64,000 nt of DNA from contig CAYOYV010000003.1 in assembly GCA_964408285.1 (NCBI GenBank), positions 125,067 through 189,066 of the forward strand. Direction: 5' to 3'. The notes under the pieces are model-generated. The model saw only the letters and a program-made list of their open reading frames with translations. It was not told the origin of the DNA and searched no databases. Of this stretch, positions 1-9,715 are shown piece after piece. Every line of letters starts with the position of its first letter. The first letter of the stretch is position 1. The translations under genes and the position numbers were made by a program. Origin of the DNA: an uncultured Nitrososphaerota archaeon (GTDB lineage Archaea; Thermoproteota; EX4484-205; JAAOZO01).

Positions 1-1
1 T

Positions 2-868
2 CGCATCAAATTCTTTATCAGCCATGGAGACCCCTTACCTTCTTCTTGGAGAAAGATACCTGATTTATTCCTGTTCAGGAACATGCCCACTGTAATGGTT
101 CTGGGTCCGGTAGACTCAGGTAAGAGCTCCTTCTGCACATTTCTCGCGAACACGGCGTTGAATGTCTCAAACAATGTCGGACTGGTCGACGGAGATCTTG
201 GTCAGGCCGATATGGGCCCACCAGGGTGCATCTCAGCTGGATTGGCAACCAAGCAGTTCACGGACCTGAGGCAAATAAGACCCGTTTACACTGGATTCGT
301 AGGTGCCATCTCTCCCTCGCTTGATGTCAATGGTTGCATTGAACAACTCAGAAGGTCTGTCCAAGTCATCCGTTCGTTCTCACCTTTTTACCTTCTCATC
401 AACACGGATGGTTGGGTTGACTCGGAGGGATTGAAGCACAAGAGATCGGTGGTCGATGAGATAATGCCGGATACTCTAGTCTACATAGATGCCAGCCAAG
501 CATCGAACCTGAATTCGCTCGGCAGAGAGATAGTCACTGTGGAACGCCCGGCCAACGTCTTGAGAAGAGGGCCAGAAATCAGGGCGAGAGCCAGACTGGC
601 CAATCTCATGCGATTCTTCAGGGGAAGCCAATTGAAGTCTATACCAAGGGAAAAGATCGAAGGGAGGGATTTCTGCGAGCCGGAAGAAGGGGCATTGGTC
701 GGATTCTATGAATCTGGCAACTTCGTTGGTCTTGGACTCTGTGAGGGCAGGTCCAATAAGGATTCCCTAGCGATTCACACAAATGTGGAACACTATCAAA
801 TCGTCAGAATAGGCAAGTCGGCCATACCGGAGCTGCTTGATATCTTGAAGAGAACGAGAGGGTACTAG
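2..868 (+). CDS. Clp1/Nol9-family polynucleotide 5'-kinase, 5'-truncated by the window edge
   Basis: P-loop GPVDSGKSS, DGDLGQADMGPPG and LINTDGWV motifs. The frame is open upstream of ATG 83 back to position 2 (..GDPLPSSWRK..), so the true start probably lies outside the window. Confidence 0.85.
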   Translation, partial: RIKFFISHGDPLPSSWRKIPDLFLFRNMPTVMVLGPVDSGKSSFCTFLANTALNVSNNVGLVDGDLGQADMGPPGCISAGLATKQFTDLRQIRPVYTGFVGAISPSLDVNGCIEQLRRSVQVIRSFSPFYLLINTDGWVDSEGLKHKRSVVDEIMPDTLVYIDASQASNLNSLGREIVTVERPANVLRRGPEIRARARLANLMRFFRGSQLKSIPREKIEGRDFCEPEEGALVGFYESGNFVGLGLCEGRSNKDSLAIHTNVEHYQIVRIGKSAIPELLDILKRTRGY

Positions 869-1902
869 AAAGTCTGTTCCATGAAGCCTATCAGTTCATG
901 ATCCAGAGGTCTTGTACCTGCAAGTCCTTCGACAATCTCAATGTCCGCGATTCTTGTTCCCCGCAGCACTACCATCCTTCCGAATCTCCTCTGATGAGCA
1001 AGTTCAGCGGCGAGAAGCCCGAATCTAGTTGCCAACACCCTGTCAAACGCTATAGGTTTCCGGCCTCTGATTATGTGTCCCGGGATGACAGCTCTGGTCT
1101 CGTAACCAGTCTGTTCTTCTATCTCCTTCGCAAGGAATTCTCCAATGCCACCAAGCATCACATTTCCGAATTGGTCCCTTTTAACATCCCTGGTAATGGC
1201 CCCCGCATAATCCATTATTAGGGCGCCCTCCGCAACAACAATCAGAAGAGAGGCTTTTCCCCCCGCCTTTTTCTTCTTTATGAAGTCTATGACCTCTGGG
1301 ATTCTGAAGGGTTTCTCCGGCACCAATATAAGGTCCGCACCTGCGGCAATCCCGGAATAGGCCGCTATCCACCCTGCGTTCCTTCCCATGATCTCAGCAA
1401 CCATTATTCTCTCATGGGAAGCACCGGTTGTTCTCAAATTATCTAGGGCATCTGCTGCCTCCTCAACCGCAGTGAGGAATCCAAATGTGAAGTCCGTTCC
1501 GGGGACATCATTGTCTATGGTCTTTGGAACGCCTATGACACTTACTCCCATTTCGACAAGTTTCTTCGCAACGCTGAGCGTGTCGTCTCCGCCCACTGCT
1601 ATAAGGCAGTCAAGATTCAGTTTGGTCATGTTCTCCAATATCTTCCCAATACCGCCAGGGCTTTTCAGAGGGTTAGTTCTCGACGTAAGCAGGATCGTTC
1701 CCGCTTGATCCATGATATCTCCCACGTCGTCGTATCTGAGGTTGACCGTTTCGACATTGTCTAGCAATCCATTCCAGCCTCTTCTGATCCCGATGACCTG
1801 GTGGCCGAGGTCACCTGCCCTCTTGACCACTGCTCTAATGACAGCATTTAGTCCTGGTGCGTCTCCACCTCCTGTGAGAATCCCAATTCGCATATTCTTC
1901 AA
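865..1902 (-). CDS. pfkA: PfkA-family 6-phosphofructokinase, probably PPi-dependent
   Basis: GILTGGGDAPGLN, GGDDT, PKTIDND and EIMGRNAGW motifs. Confidence 0.93.
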   Translation of the reverse strand: MKNMRIGILTGGGDAPGLNAVIRAVVKRAGDLGHQVIGIRRGWNGLLDNVETVNLRYDDVGDIMDQAGTILLTSRTNPLKSPGGIGKILENMTKLNLDCLIAVGGDDTLSVAKKLVEMGVSVIGVPKTIDNDVPGTDFTFGFLTAVEEAADALDNLRTTGASHERIMVAEIMGRNAGWIAAYSGIAAGADLILVPEKPFRIPEVIDFIKKKKAGGKASLLIVVAEGALIMDYAGAITRDVKRDQFGNVMLGGIGEFLAKEIEEQTGYETRAVIPGHIIRGRKPIAFDRVLATRFGLLAAELAHQRRFGRMVVLRGTRIADIEIVEGLAGTRPLDHELIGFMEQTF

Positions 1903-2013
1903 AGCACAATCAAGCCAAGTCGTTGGGAGGATTTATCCTTAAGCCCGCGAATTGAGATCATTCTCAGGGCGATGCCCGGATGAACCTCGCGAAAGAACTA
2001 AAAGCGATTTGGT

Positions 2014-2820
2014 GTGCCCTTCTACATGGTCGGCTGGGTGCTATTGGATTTAGATGGGGTCATATACAGGGGGGATTCGCCCATCGAAGGATCCAGAGAG
2101 GCCATAGAGTCCCTCAATCGCAACGGCTTCAAAACTAGATACCTGACCAACAATGCCACACTGACCGGAGAGGAATTCGGCCAGAAGTTGGCCAGAATGG
2201 GAATCAGAGTCAGGGCAGATGACATCTTGACCTCGGGGAAAGCTGCCTCGATGTACCTGAAGGAAAGAAAAGGCCAGTTGCTCATCTATCCTGTCGGAAG
2301 TAAGGCGCTTGAGTTCGAGTTAAGGCAGCAAGGTCACAGAATAGTGGATTGGAGAGAAGCGCAAGCGGTCGTGGTATGCCTTGATTTCAATTTTGACTAT
2401 GCCAAGTTGGCGAACTCGTCAAGCGCCATTAGAAACGGAGCTCTTTTCGTGGCAACCAACAGGGATTCGGTCATCCCGGTGGAGGGGGGCCTAATTCCTG
2501 GAGCAGGGGCGATCATATCGGCAATAGAAGAAGCTTCAGGCGCAAGGGCCATGTCAATAGGCAAGCCTGAGACGGAAATTTTCTCAATCGGGTCTCGAAT
2601 CTGGGGGCTCTCGGAGAAGGACGCAATAGTAGTAGGAGATAGACTAGATACGGACATGGCGCTAGGGAATAGAATTGGAGCCATCACAGCCCTTGTCCTT
2701 ACGGGATTCACCTCCTCCTCTGATGTAACCCTGGCCAAGTCTTCAGAGGAAGTGCCCAAGTATGTTTTCAAGAATCTCAGGGGATTCTCTGAATCCCTCA
2801 TAGAAGGAAAAATCGTTTAA
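2014..2820 (+). CDS. HAD-IIA (NagD-like) phosphatase
   Basis: DLDGVIY, LTNN, IGKP and VGDRLDTDM motifs. Confidence 0.92.
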   Translation: MPFYMVGWVLLDLDGVIYRGDSPIEGSREAIESLNRNGFKTRYLTNNATLTGEEFGQKLARMGIRVRADDILTSGKAASMYLKERKGQLLIYPVGSKALEFELRQQGHRIVDWREAQAVVVCLDFNFDYAKLANSSSAIRNGALFVATNRDSVIPVEGGLIPGAGAIISAIEEASGARAMSIGKPETEIFSIGSRIWGLSEKDAIVVGDRLDTDMALGNRIGAITALVLTGFTSSSDVTLAKSSEEVPKYVFKNLRGFSESLIEGKIV

Positions 2821-2844
2821 TTTCTGCCTTCGTTCCTTGCAAGG

Positions 2845-3129
2845 ATGGCAAAGCCCGAAGTCAGGGCTAGAATAAGGGTCTTCGGTCGAGTCCAAGGCGT
2901 TTTCTTCCGACAGAATGCCCTGCGCTATGCCATGAAGATCGGGATTAGAGGCTATATACGAAACCTCGAGGACGGTTCCCTCGAAGCTGTCTACCAAGGT
3001 CCAAAAGACAAGGTGGATCAGATGCTCCAATGGACGAAAAGAGGTCCCCCCTATGCCTTCGTATCCAGCTATAGAATACGATGGGAAAATCCGGCGGATG
3101 ATTTCTCGGCCTTTGAGGTCATGTACTGA
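2845..3129 (+). CDS. acyP: Acylphosphatase
   Basis: GRVQGVFFR, GYIRNLEDGSLE and GPP motifs; 94 aa. Confidence 0.95.
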   Translation: MAKPEVRARIRVFGRVQGVFFRQNALRYAMKIGIRGYIRNLEDGSLEAVYQGPKDKVDQMLQWTKRGPPYAFVSSYRIRWENPADDFSAFEVMY

Positions 3130-3266
3130 AAGCGAGGAACCGAGCCTATCGGCCTTTCGCAGAATCCAGTCCATGTTCCGGATCAGTCTCCCTGCGACTG
3201 TAGCACCGGATCCGGCTCCCAAATAGGGGGATGCTTTCACTTCTGCTATTCTAGTGGTCAGCCGAG

Positions 3267-4094
3267 TCACAGTCGGGCTGGAGAAAGCCTGTTCTCAGAA
3301 AGCTCAAGAACAGTCGGGCTAACCCCATAGAACCTACAACTGAATACCGTATGGAGCCTACCCCTCATCCCCACGGAGTATCCATTTGGTCTTGGCTCGT
3401 GGCTCCTTATCATCGCCTTGAGGCCATTCCCGTCGAGGAACTCGTCCAGAACATCTGGGCCGAAGTAGTAGGTTCCCGGCCCCCTATCATTCGTTTCGAA
3501 TCCTTCGATGAATTCATTGGGATCGTTCCACAGGAGCTCGAAGCAAATGGGATCCAGACTGTATTGGTGTTTGGGCAGTCTCTCCAAATCAGCTATTGTC
3601 CGAAGCTGCCTAGCGAGTCCTCCATGGACCGCAAGGAATTTCCCATTGACGATTGCGGAATAGGACAAGTTCGAGAAAAGCTTCTCGTAATTGGAATAGA
3701 AGCTGGAGCCATAAGTAGCCTTTACCCTTCCAAAGAATCCATAATGGATGTTTGAGTCCTTGGTTTCGTGATTGCCTCGAAGCAGGACAAGTCTCTTGGG
3801 ATGTGACTCCTTCTGCTGCAAAAGGAAGTTGAGATTGGCGATTTGATACAATCCTCTGTCAACGTAATCCCCAAGGAATATCACCAGCCATCCATGGTCA
3901 AGGTATCTCTTGGCAACGTAGACGCTAGTAAGCAGATCGCCATGAGTATCCCCAACGAACGCCACATTTCTCGACTCGATTCTTATCGATGAAGGCTCTT
4001 CACGGAGCAGGCTGGAGACATTGTCGATCAAAATGGAGGCCTCATGCCTCTTCATTTCCTCCAGTGATGTCAGGCGCCTGAATTCCTCCTCCAT
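3267..4094 (-). CDS. PPP-family Ser/Thr protein phosphatase (PP1/PP2A-like, archaeal)
   Basis: GDTHG, GDYVDRG, LRGNHE, HGG, LLWNDP, RSHE and TVFS motifs in PPP order. Confidence 0.9.
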   Translation of the reverse strand: MEEEFRRLTSLEEMKRHEASILIDNVSSLLREEPSSIRIESRNVAFVGDTHGDLLTSVYVAKRYLDHGWLVIFLGDYVDRGLYQIANLNFLLQQKESHPKRLVLLRGNHETKDSNIHYGFFGRVKATYGSSFYSNYEKLFSNLSYSAIVNGKFLAVHGGLARQLRTIADLERLPKHQYSLDPICFELLWNDPNEFIEGFETNDRGPGTYYFGPDVLDEFLDGNGLKAMIRSHEPRPNGYSVGMRGRLHTVFSCRFYGVSPTVLELSENRLSPARL

Positions 4095-4187
4095 GATCGG
4101 CCATGGGCTGTATCACACCGCGGTTTATTTTCGTTTTTTGGGCCTGTATTCTTCGAGAATAGAGGGGAATCCTTTAAAGTCTCCCTA

Positions 4188-4520
4188 GTGCTCTGTCGCG
4201 AAGCGTTGGAAAAGCTAGCGAAACTGGACTGGCGCCGCCACATGGCAGATCTAGCGAAAGGTATGGCCCTCGCGTTGGTCTTGGGGCTTTTTGCCAGGTA
4301 TGAAGCGGTCGACAATCAGCACAAGGTCGCGAATGGTCTTCCATTTGCCTTTGTCATCCAGACTATCAGCATATCCAATGGCGAGTTAATGTCAATATCA
4401 TTGGATTCTCTTGGTCTCATGATGGATATACTGCTGTGGACGCTATTCGTCAACCTTGCAGATCGGATCAGCGGGATCGTCCGTTCGCAGTTACATCGGA
4501 CCAGGCGTACCATAGCGTGA
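4188..4520 (+). CDS. Small hypothetical membrane protein (start uncertain: 4188, 4206 or 4242)
   Basis: Two hydrophobic segments and a GLPF motif; fills the gap downstream of a CTTTAAAG TATA-like element. Confidence 0.5.
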   Translation: MLCREALEKLAKLDWRRHMADLAKGMALALVLGLFARYEAVDNQHKVANGLPFAFVIQTISISNGELMSISLDSLGLMMDILLWTLFVNLADRISGIVRSQLHRTRRTIA

Positions 4521-4568
4521 CCGGCTCGATGCTGAGATTTTTATCCCCTCGAAAGCGCACCTCTTTCC

Positions 4569-5237
4569 ATGGAAGGAGCAGGGGGGCGGCCGATGGAGGT
4601 CGACCTTCTTGGCAAAGCGGTGAGAAGATGGCAGCCCATCCGAGGAGGTTGGCTCGTCGAACTTGACTGGGAACGGAATTACAACTCCCTGATAATTCTC
4701 AAGAGATCTATCCGATTCACATTCGATTCGACCAGAAAGTACGTCGCGACAATGGTGATGGTTTCACCGGAAGAGATGAACGACGCTTGGAAACAGACAT
4801 TCATTGGGATATTGGGGGGTCAAGCTGACCTTTCATGGACAGGTATGCTTGTAAGGAAGCCCTTGTTCAGGATCTCTCCTGATGTGGAGAGAATCAAGAA
4901 GGAAGCTCCTGAACTGAAGGTCACCAATGATCTGGTTGATGCATTGAATTCAGACAACCAACTACTGAACCTTGTCTCAAGAATCAGACCAGAAGAGCTC
5001 AAACTTGGCCTAACCATGCTGACTCCAACAGAATCGGGAATGCTTCCTGAAATAGGGCAATTCGTTGAGAACCCGACGGAGATAAGCTGGACGATCGGCA
5101 TTGAGAAGTACCTGACAAGAGGGCTAGAGTTCCCGAAGCTTGTTAGATTTTCACTGGATGCAATGGACATGATGCTTGGACATGCAAAATCGTTCACACT
5201 GAGAGTCAATAGTGCTTTCACCAAGAGAGATTCATAG
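4569..5237 (+). CDS. Hypothetical protein (start may be 4593)
   Basis: 222-aa ORF that does not overlap the neighbouring called genes; protein-like composition; no motif recognised. Confidence 0.7.
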   Translation: MEGAGGRPMEVDLLGKAVRRWQPIRGGWLVELDWERNYNSLIILKRSIRFTFDSTRKYVATMVMVSPEEMNDAWKQTFIGILGGQADLSWTGMLVRKPLFRISPDVERIKKEAPELKVTNDLVDALNSDNQLLNLVSRIRPEELKLGLTMLTPTESGMLPEIGQFVENPTEISWTIGIEKYLTRGLEFPKLVRFSLDAMDMMLGHAKSFTLRVNSAFTKRDS

Positions 5238-5379
5238 GTTCGTGGATTCTAATGCGCGATTTCGGCACTGGAACAAGTAAGAATATCTGTCCTGGATCTG
5301 AAGCATGCTATCCGTCCCCTCTTCTGGGCATCGCCAATATCTCGAAACCGTTAAATGGTCGAGGGGCAGCGCAAGCCCA

Positions 5380-6057
5380 ATGCTTGGTACTATTGCCAAC
5401 GCCCTTGCGATAGTTGCAGGCTCAATTATGGGGCTCTCGCTGGGGAAGCATCTTTCAGAGAGGCAGATTGATTCGTCAAGAAAGGCAATGGGCCTAGTAG
5501 TAGGTTACATCGGGATAAGAATGCTGTCAGAAGAGGCTTCTTTGTTGGCGACTCTCCTTGCTCTTGTCGTTGGCACAATTCTAGGGGAAGCCTTAGACAT
5601 TGACTCATTTGTGAAGAGGATCGGAGACAGGCTAAAGTCGGCGGTCAAGAACGAGTCCGATTTCAGTGCTGGCTTCTATTCGTCAACGATACTCTTCCTG
5701 ACCGGCCCAATGGCCATATTGGGTCCGATAAGGGAAGCAACTAGCGGAGATCTGTCCTTGCTGTTAAGCAAATCTTTCCTCGACGGTTTCTGCTCGCTCA
5801 CAATGTCAGCTTCTATGGGTGTTTCTGTGGCCTTCTCATCAGTGCCAGTGATTATCTATCAGGGATGTATGTATCTGCTCGGAATGGAGCTAGGACAATT
5901 CCTGCCAGCCAAGATGATAGGTGCCGTGACTGCAACAGGAGGCGCGCTGGTGCTGGCTATAGGATTGAATCTGCTTGATGTAACAGATCTGAGAGTGGGT
6001 AACATGATTCCTTGTCTGATCATCGTTGCGATTCTAACTTCCTTTCCTCTACCATAG
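5380..6057 (+). CDS. DUF554 (YdfK-like) membrane protein
   Basis: MLGTIANALAIVAGS start, GPMAILG, KSFLDG, IIYQG and LRVGNMIP motifs; start moved from 5305 to ATG 5380. Confidence 0.88.
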   Translation: MLGTIANALAIVAGSIMGLSLGKHLSERQIDSSRKAMGLVVGYIGIRMLSEEASLLATLLALVVGTILGEALDIDSFVKRIGDRLKSAVKNESDFSAGFYSSTILFLTGPMAILGPIREATSGDLSLLLSKSFLDGFCSLTMSASMGVSVAFSSVPVIIYQGCMYLLGMELGQFLPAKMIGAVTATGGALVLAIGLNLLDVTDLRVGNMIPCLIIVAILTSFPLP

Positions 6058-6063
6058 GACACC

Positions 6064-6071
6064 TTTAAATA
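6064..6071 (+). promoter_or_regulatory. Putative TATA box
   Basis: TTTAAATA about 30 nt upstream of the TTG start at 6098, consistent with a leaderless transcript. Confidence 0.45.
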
Positions 6072-6097
6072 TCAGTGGGGACGCTCACAACGCAATT

Positions 6098-6832
6098 TTG
6101 CCAAGGAAGCTCCTGCTTTTTCTCGTCCTTGCACTGTCATCGGCCATCTTCCTAGTGACGATCGCGAGAGCAGAGGACGATCATGTCTACACCTTCTCCC
6201 CGGAGTTGGTTAAGGAAAGAGACGGCATTATTGTTCTTATAAAACCTCCCGGCATTTCAATAACGGCCATTGTGAACGAGACAAAGGGCTTTGGTCACAT
6301 CCTCCGGATAGCATCTAACGAAACAGCATATGAGATTCCACAATACATGACTCCTCCGTATTCTCTCGTGGAGCTCTATCCAAATGGGACAATATATGCA
6401 CTGACAATATCGTTTAGGACATACTCAACGGCATCGGTTCATTATGGTGCCATAACGATAAACAGGAACAACTATCCGGGCAGGGAATACGTCCGACTGA
6501 GCGACATCTATTATTTTGCCCGCTTCTCCTCTGTTTCAGGTCTGCCGCCCGGAGATTACACACTCCGATTTCAGTTCGTTATCCAGAAGAGTTCCTCCTC
6601 TTCAGGGCCGTTTGAGGGTATCGTTATTCCTCCCTTTATCAACATGATCGCCTTTCTTGTGATTGCGGCGGGAGCCATCTATGCTGAGAGCTTCCTCTTG
6701 GTCGTATCATTCTTCAAGACCAGAACGGGCGGTCTTAGCAACTATTGGAAGGTAGGAATATTGGCATCCGTGCTCATTTCAGGGTATCTTCTGTATTGGG
6801 CATATTCGCATCTTGTCGTTGGCTCAGCCTGA
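6098..6832 (+). CDS. Hypothetical exported protein with two C-terminal TM helices
   Basis: Signal peptide ending in ARA, a beta-rich domain, a poly-Ser linker and two hydrophobic helices. Confidence 0.8.
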   Translation: MPRKLLLFLVLALSSAIFLVTIARAEDDHVYTFSPELVKERDGIIVLIKPPGISITAIVNETKGFGHILRIASNETAYEIPQYMTPPYSLVELYPNGTIYALTISFRTYSTASVHYGAITINRNNYPGREYVRLSDIYYFARFSSVSGLPPGDYTLRFQFVIQKSSSSSGPFEGIVIPPFINMIAFLVIAAGAIYAESFLLVVSFFKTRTGGLSNYWKVGILASVLISGYLLYWAYSHLVVGSA

Positions 6833-6959
6833 TAGCTTCAGAGGGTGCTCGAAATCGCCTCAGCAATCCCATTGGCCATTACTTTGGCCCCCATAAATGA
6901 CAGAATTGTTTTTATGCAGCATGTTAGTAGCTGTCAAAGGATTAGGGTAAAAGCCGGTA

Positions 6960-9659
6960 ATGGTTGAGGCAGAAGAAGAGCAGGAATTCGAGTCTGAATG
7001 GTGGTTTTCCCGGAAGGCGCTTAGGGTCATTTTCGGTCCTCTTCTGTACCTGACTTCCTGGCAATACAGACTATGGCAATTCCTACAACAACCTCCCGAC
7101 ATAAGAAGGAGGAAGGCTGAGTCCGAGGCCAAGAGGATAAGGAAAAGCCACGACTTCCCGACAGTTCAACCCGGTGATGCGGTGGGGAGAGAGAAAGAGT
7201 TCAAACAGGTAATGCTCAGCATCAAGTATCACGTTTTTCGTGACAAAGAGGTCAGAAGATCTGCAACAGCCCTGCCACCGAAGCTGTTCCTTATCAAGGG
7301 GGGAAGCGGGACTGGGAAGACATACTTCGCGGAGGCTGTAATGCGTTGGGCCTTTGAGGAGGGCCTCAACTATGGACTTCTCGTCAACCACGCCTCCCTC
7401 AAGCCTGAGGATGTCTATACAATGTGGTATGGCCAGAGCGCTCAAAGGCTAAGTGAGTTCTTCCAATCAACTTTCATGAAGCCGAGCATAGTCTTAGTTG
7501 ATGAATTCCAGGCGTTCGGTAAGAAGTTCAGCTCCTCAACTGAAGTGGGAATGGAGGAGACTCGCGTCCAGACTGTCTTCCTTGAAAAAGTTGACGAACT
7601 CCAGAAGAGGAATTACAGGACCGTGTTATTCATATCAACAACGAGCATAGAATCCGTGATAGACACGATCAGGAGAAGAGGTGTTGTGGGCACAATAGAT
7701 CTGGACGCTGGAATCAACAGGGAGAACTTGATCAGGATAGCGGCTACGCAGTGCGTGAAGCACGGAATTACACTCAATCCCGAACAAATCGTCGATGGTC
7801 TTGAGGAGTCAATCAGGGCGATCGGGGGGACGTCGATCACCCCTGCCGACATTGTAAACGGATTCAACATTGTGATCAACAAGAAGATGCAAGCTTTGGC
7901 AGACTCCCTTGGAGAAGGTCAGGAGAAAGGTGAGGTCAAAATAGGACGAACGGTGACCCTTGAGGATTTCAGATTGGCTGCGAAATCAGTCAAGTCATAC
8001 TCGGCCGAAGAAAGGACTGAAGCAGCGAAGAGGGCCGCCCAGAGGGTTCGACCCCAAGAGACCTACGAGCACGTCGGCGGCCTCAAGGGAATCAAGGAGG
8101 AAGTCATAAAGGAGCTTTCTGTTGCTCTGAACGCTGAGCTGGCTCTCAAGGCGAAATACATACCCCCAAAGGGATTCATCTTCAACGGGCCGCCGGGAAC
8201 GGGTAAGACCCTTCTGGCGAAAGCCATAGCAAGAGAAAACAATGTCTGGTTCTATGAAATAAACGGTCCATCGATACTGCAAGGACTCTACGGCGATCCA
8301 GAGAGAACCATAAGGAATATATTCGAAGATGCCAGGAAGAATTCGCCAGCGATAATATTCTTTGACGAGATAGATTCCATAGCCCCGCGAAGAGGAACAA
8401 CTGATCCCCTCTTGGACCGGGTGACAAGCCAATTGATTACAGAGATAGACGGTTTTGTCCCGTTGACTGGGGTTGTTGTAATAGGAAGCACCAATAGGCT
8501 CGAAGCATTGGACCCAGCACTTCTTGAACGTTTCACCCACCATTTCCAGTTCACGTATCCGAAGAGCATCAATGAGAAGGAGGAAATCGTACAAATCCAT
8601 CTAGGCCAATACTTGGACATAGCTCATGAGGAAGTGACAACAAGCGCTGTCATGGAGCTCTTTAGCGGCAGAGTACTTAGCCCTCGAAAAATAGCAGATG
8701 TGATAAACGAATCAAATAGACTTAGGACAAAGGAATTGGATGGTGCCAGGGTATTGGTGAAGGCTTTCGATGACGGACCCAAGGAGCTATCAAAGGCCAG
8801 ATCGATCTACTCTCAGGAGGAGCACCGCCTCTCGGAGGTACTAGGGGTCTCAGAGGACTTTGAAATCTTGCTGCCCTTATTGCGTGACATAGATCCTTCG
8901 AGCTATCCACTTCGGCTCTATCATATCCGAAAGGCGATTGAGCAAAGCTCTGAGGAGACCGTGGAAGAAGCAAGGAAAATGATATCAAGCACTGTAAGAG
9001 CGGAAACCGCCGAGATCGGCAAAGCTTACGGACTGGTCGCTCTGGGCGAAGGCTCCGCCGGCGGTTTCGTGACAGCAGTTGAGGTGGTCGTCAATCGCAT
9101 GGGTTCAGGGCAAGTGAGGGTAATAGGTAGCGAATTCGGAGAAAGCATCAAGGCAAGCGCAGAGGATGCATTCGTTTTCATCAACTCGATATCGGACTGG
9201 AGATACAAGAACTACGACTTGTTCGTGGAATTGGTGACTCCTGCAAAAGGAATGGAGAGGGCCCCGGCTGGCTTCGGGATTACCGCAGCACCAGTTTCAG
9301 GTCCATCAGCAGGAATCGCAATATCGGTCGCAATGATATCTTCACTGACCGGTCTCAAGGTTGATCCGACTGTTGTCGTTACTGGAGCGATCACGGCCAA
9401 AGGCGAGGTATGGCCAGTTGGTGGCATGGATTACAGGGGAATGGGAAAAGTGGAGGCCGCTTTGGCTGATAAGTACGTCCGGAAACTAGTCATTCCTGAA
9501 TACAACTTGAGGAAGCTGAACGAAAGCGGAGGTCTCGAGGCCCTTCAGAAAGTAGGCATAGATGTGAGGGGGGTGAAGGATGTAGTGGAGGCAGCAATAG
9601 AATGCCTGGAGGGTCAGATAGACAAGCAAGCCCTGACCAAGGCCCTGCTTCATGGCTAG
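6960..9659 (+). CDS. Tandem Cdc48-like AAA ATPase fused to a C-terminal Lon (S16) protease domain
   Basis: D1: GGSGTGKT, MWYG, VLVDEFQ. D2: GPPGTGKT, FFDEIDS, GSTNRLEALDPALLERF. C-terminus: GPSAG..TGAI..GEVWPVGG..K..LVIPEYN. Confidence 0.88.
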   Translation: MVEAEEEQEFESEWWFSRKALRVIFGPLLYLTSWQYRLWQFLQQPPDIRRRKAESEAKRIRKSHDFPTVQPGDAVGREKEFKQVMLSIKYHVFRDKEVRRSATALPPKLFLIKGGSGTGKTYFAEAVMRWAFEEGLNYGLLVNHASLKPEDVYTMWYGQSAQRLSEFFQSTFMKPSIVLVDEFQAFGKKFSSSTEVGMEETRVQTVFLEKVDELQKRNYRTVLFISTTSIESVIDTIRRRGVVGTIDLDAGINRENLIRIAATQCVKHGITLNPEQIVDGLEESIRAIGGTSITPADIVNGFNIVINKKMQALADSLGEGQEKGEVKIGRTVTLEDFRLAAKSVKSYSAEERTEAAKRAAQRVRPQETYEHVGGLKGIKEEVIKELSVALNAELALKAKYIPPKGFIFNGPPGTGKTLLAKAIARENNVWFYEINGPSILQGLYGDPERTIRNIFEDARKNSPAIIFFDEIDSIAPRRGTTDPLLDRVTSQLITEIDGFVPLTGVVVIGSTNRLEALDPALLERFTHHFQFTYPKSINEKEEIVQIHLGQYLDIAHEEVTTSAVMELFSGRVLSPRKIADVINESNRLRTKELDGARVLVKAFDDGPKELSKARSIYSQEEHRLSEVLGVSEDFEILLPLLRDIDPSSYPLRLYHIRKAIEQSSEETVEEARKMISSTVRAETAEIGKAYGLVALGEGSAGGFVTAVEVVVNRMGSGQVRVIGSEFGESIKASAEDAFVFINSISDWRYKNYDLFVELVTPAKGMERAPAGFGITAAPVSGPSAGIAISVAMISSLTGLKVDPTVVVTGAITAKGEVWPVGGMDYRGMGKVEAALADKYVRKLVIPEYNLRKLNESGGLEALQKVGIDVRGVKDVVEAAIECLEGQIDKQALTKALLHG

Positions 9660-9715
9660 AGGAACTCTAGGAAATTCGTCTTCGTCGAAAAAGGATTTTC
9701 CCATTATGAGGGATC

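Noticed and set aside
7995-8600. 201-aa minus-strand ORF (likewise 2743-3270, 41721-42326, 52217-52798 and other short overlapping ORFs)
   Set aside because: Antisense or out-of-frame to well-supported genes, with no recognisable motifs.
9235-9300. Insertion before GPSAG in the Lon domain as a second, in-frame intron
   Set aside because: I could not build a BHB structure by eye; it is more simply a protein loop.
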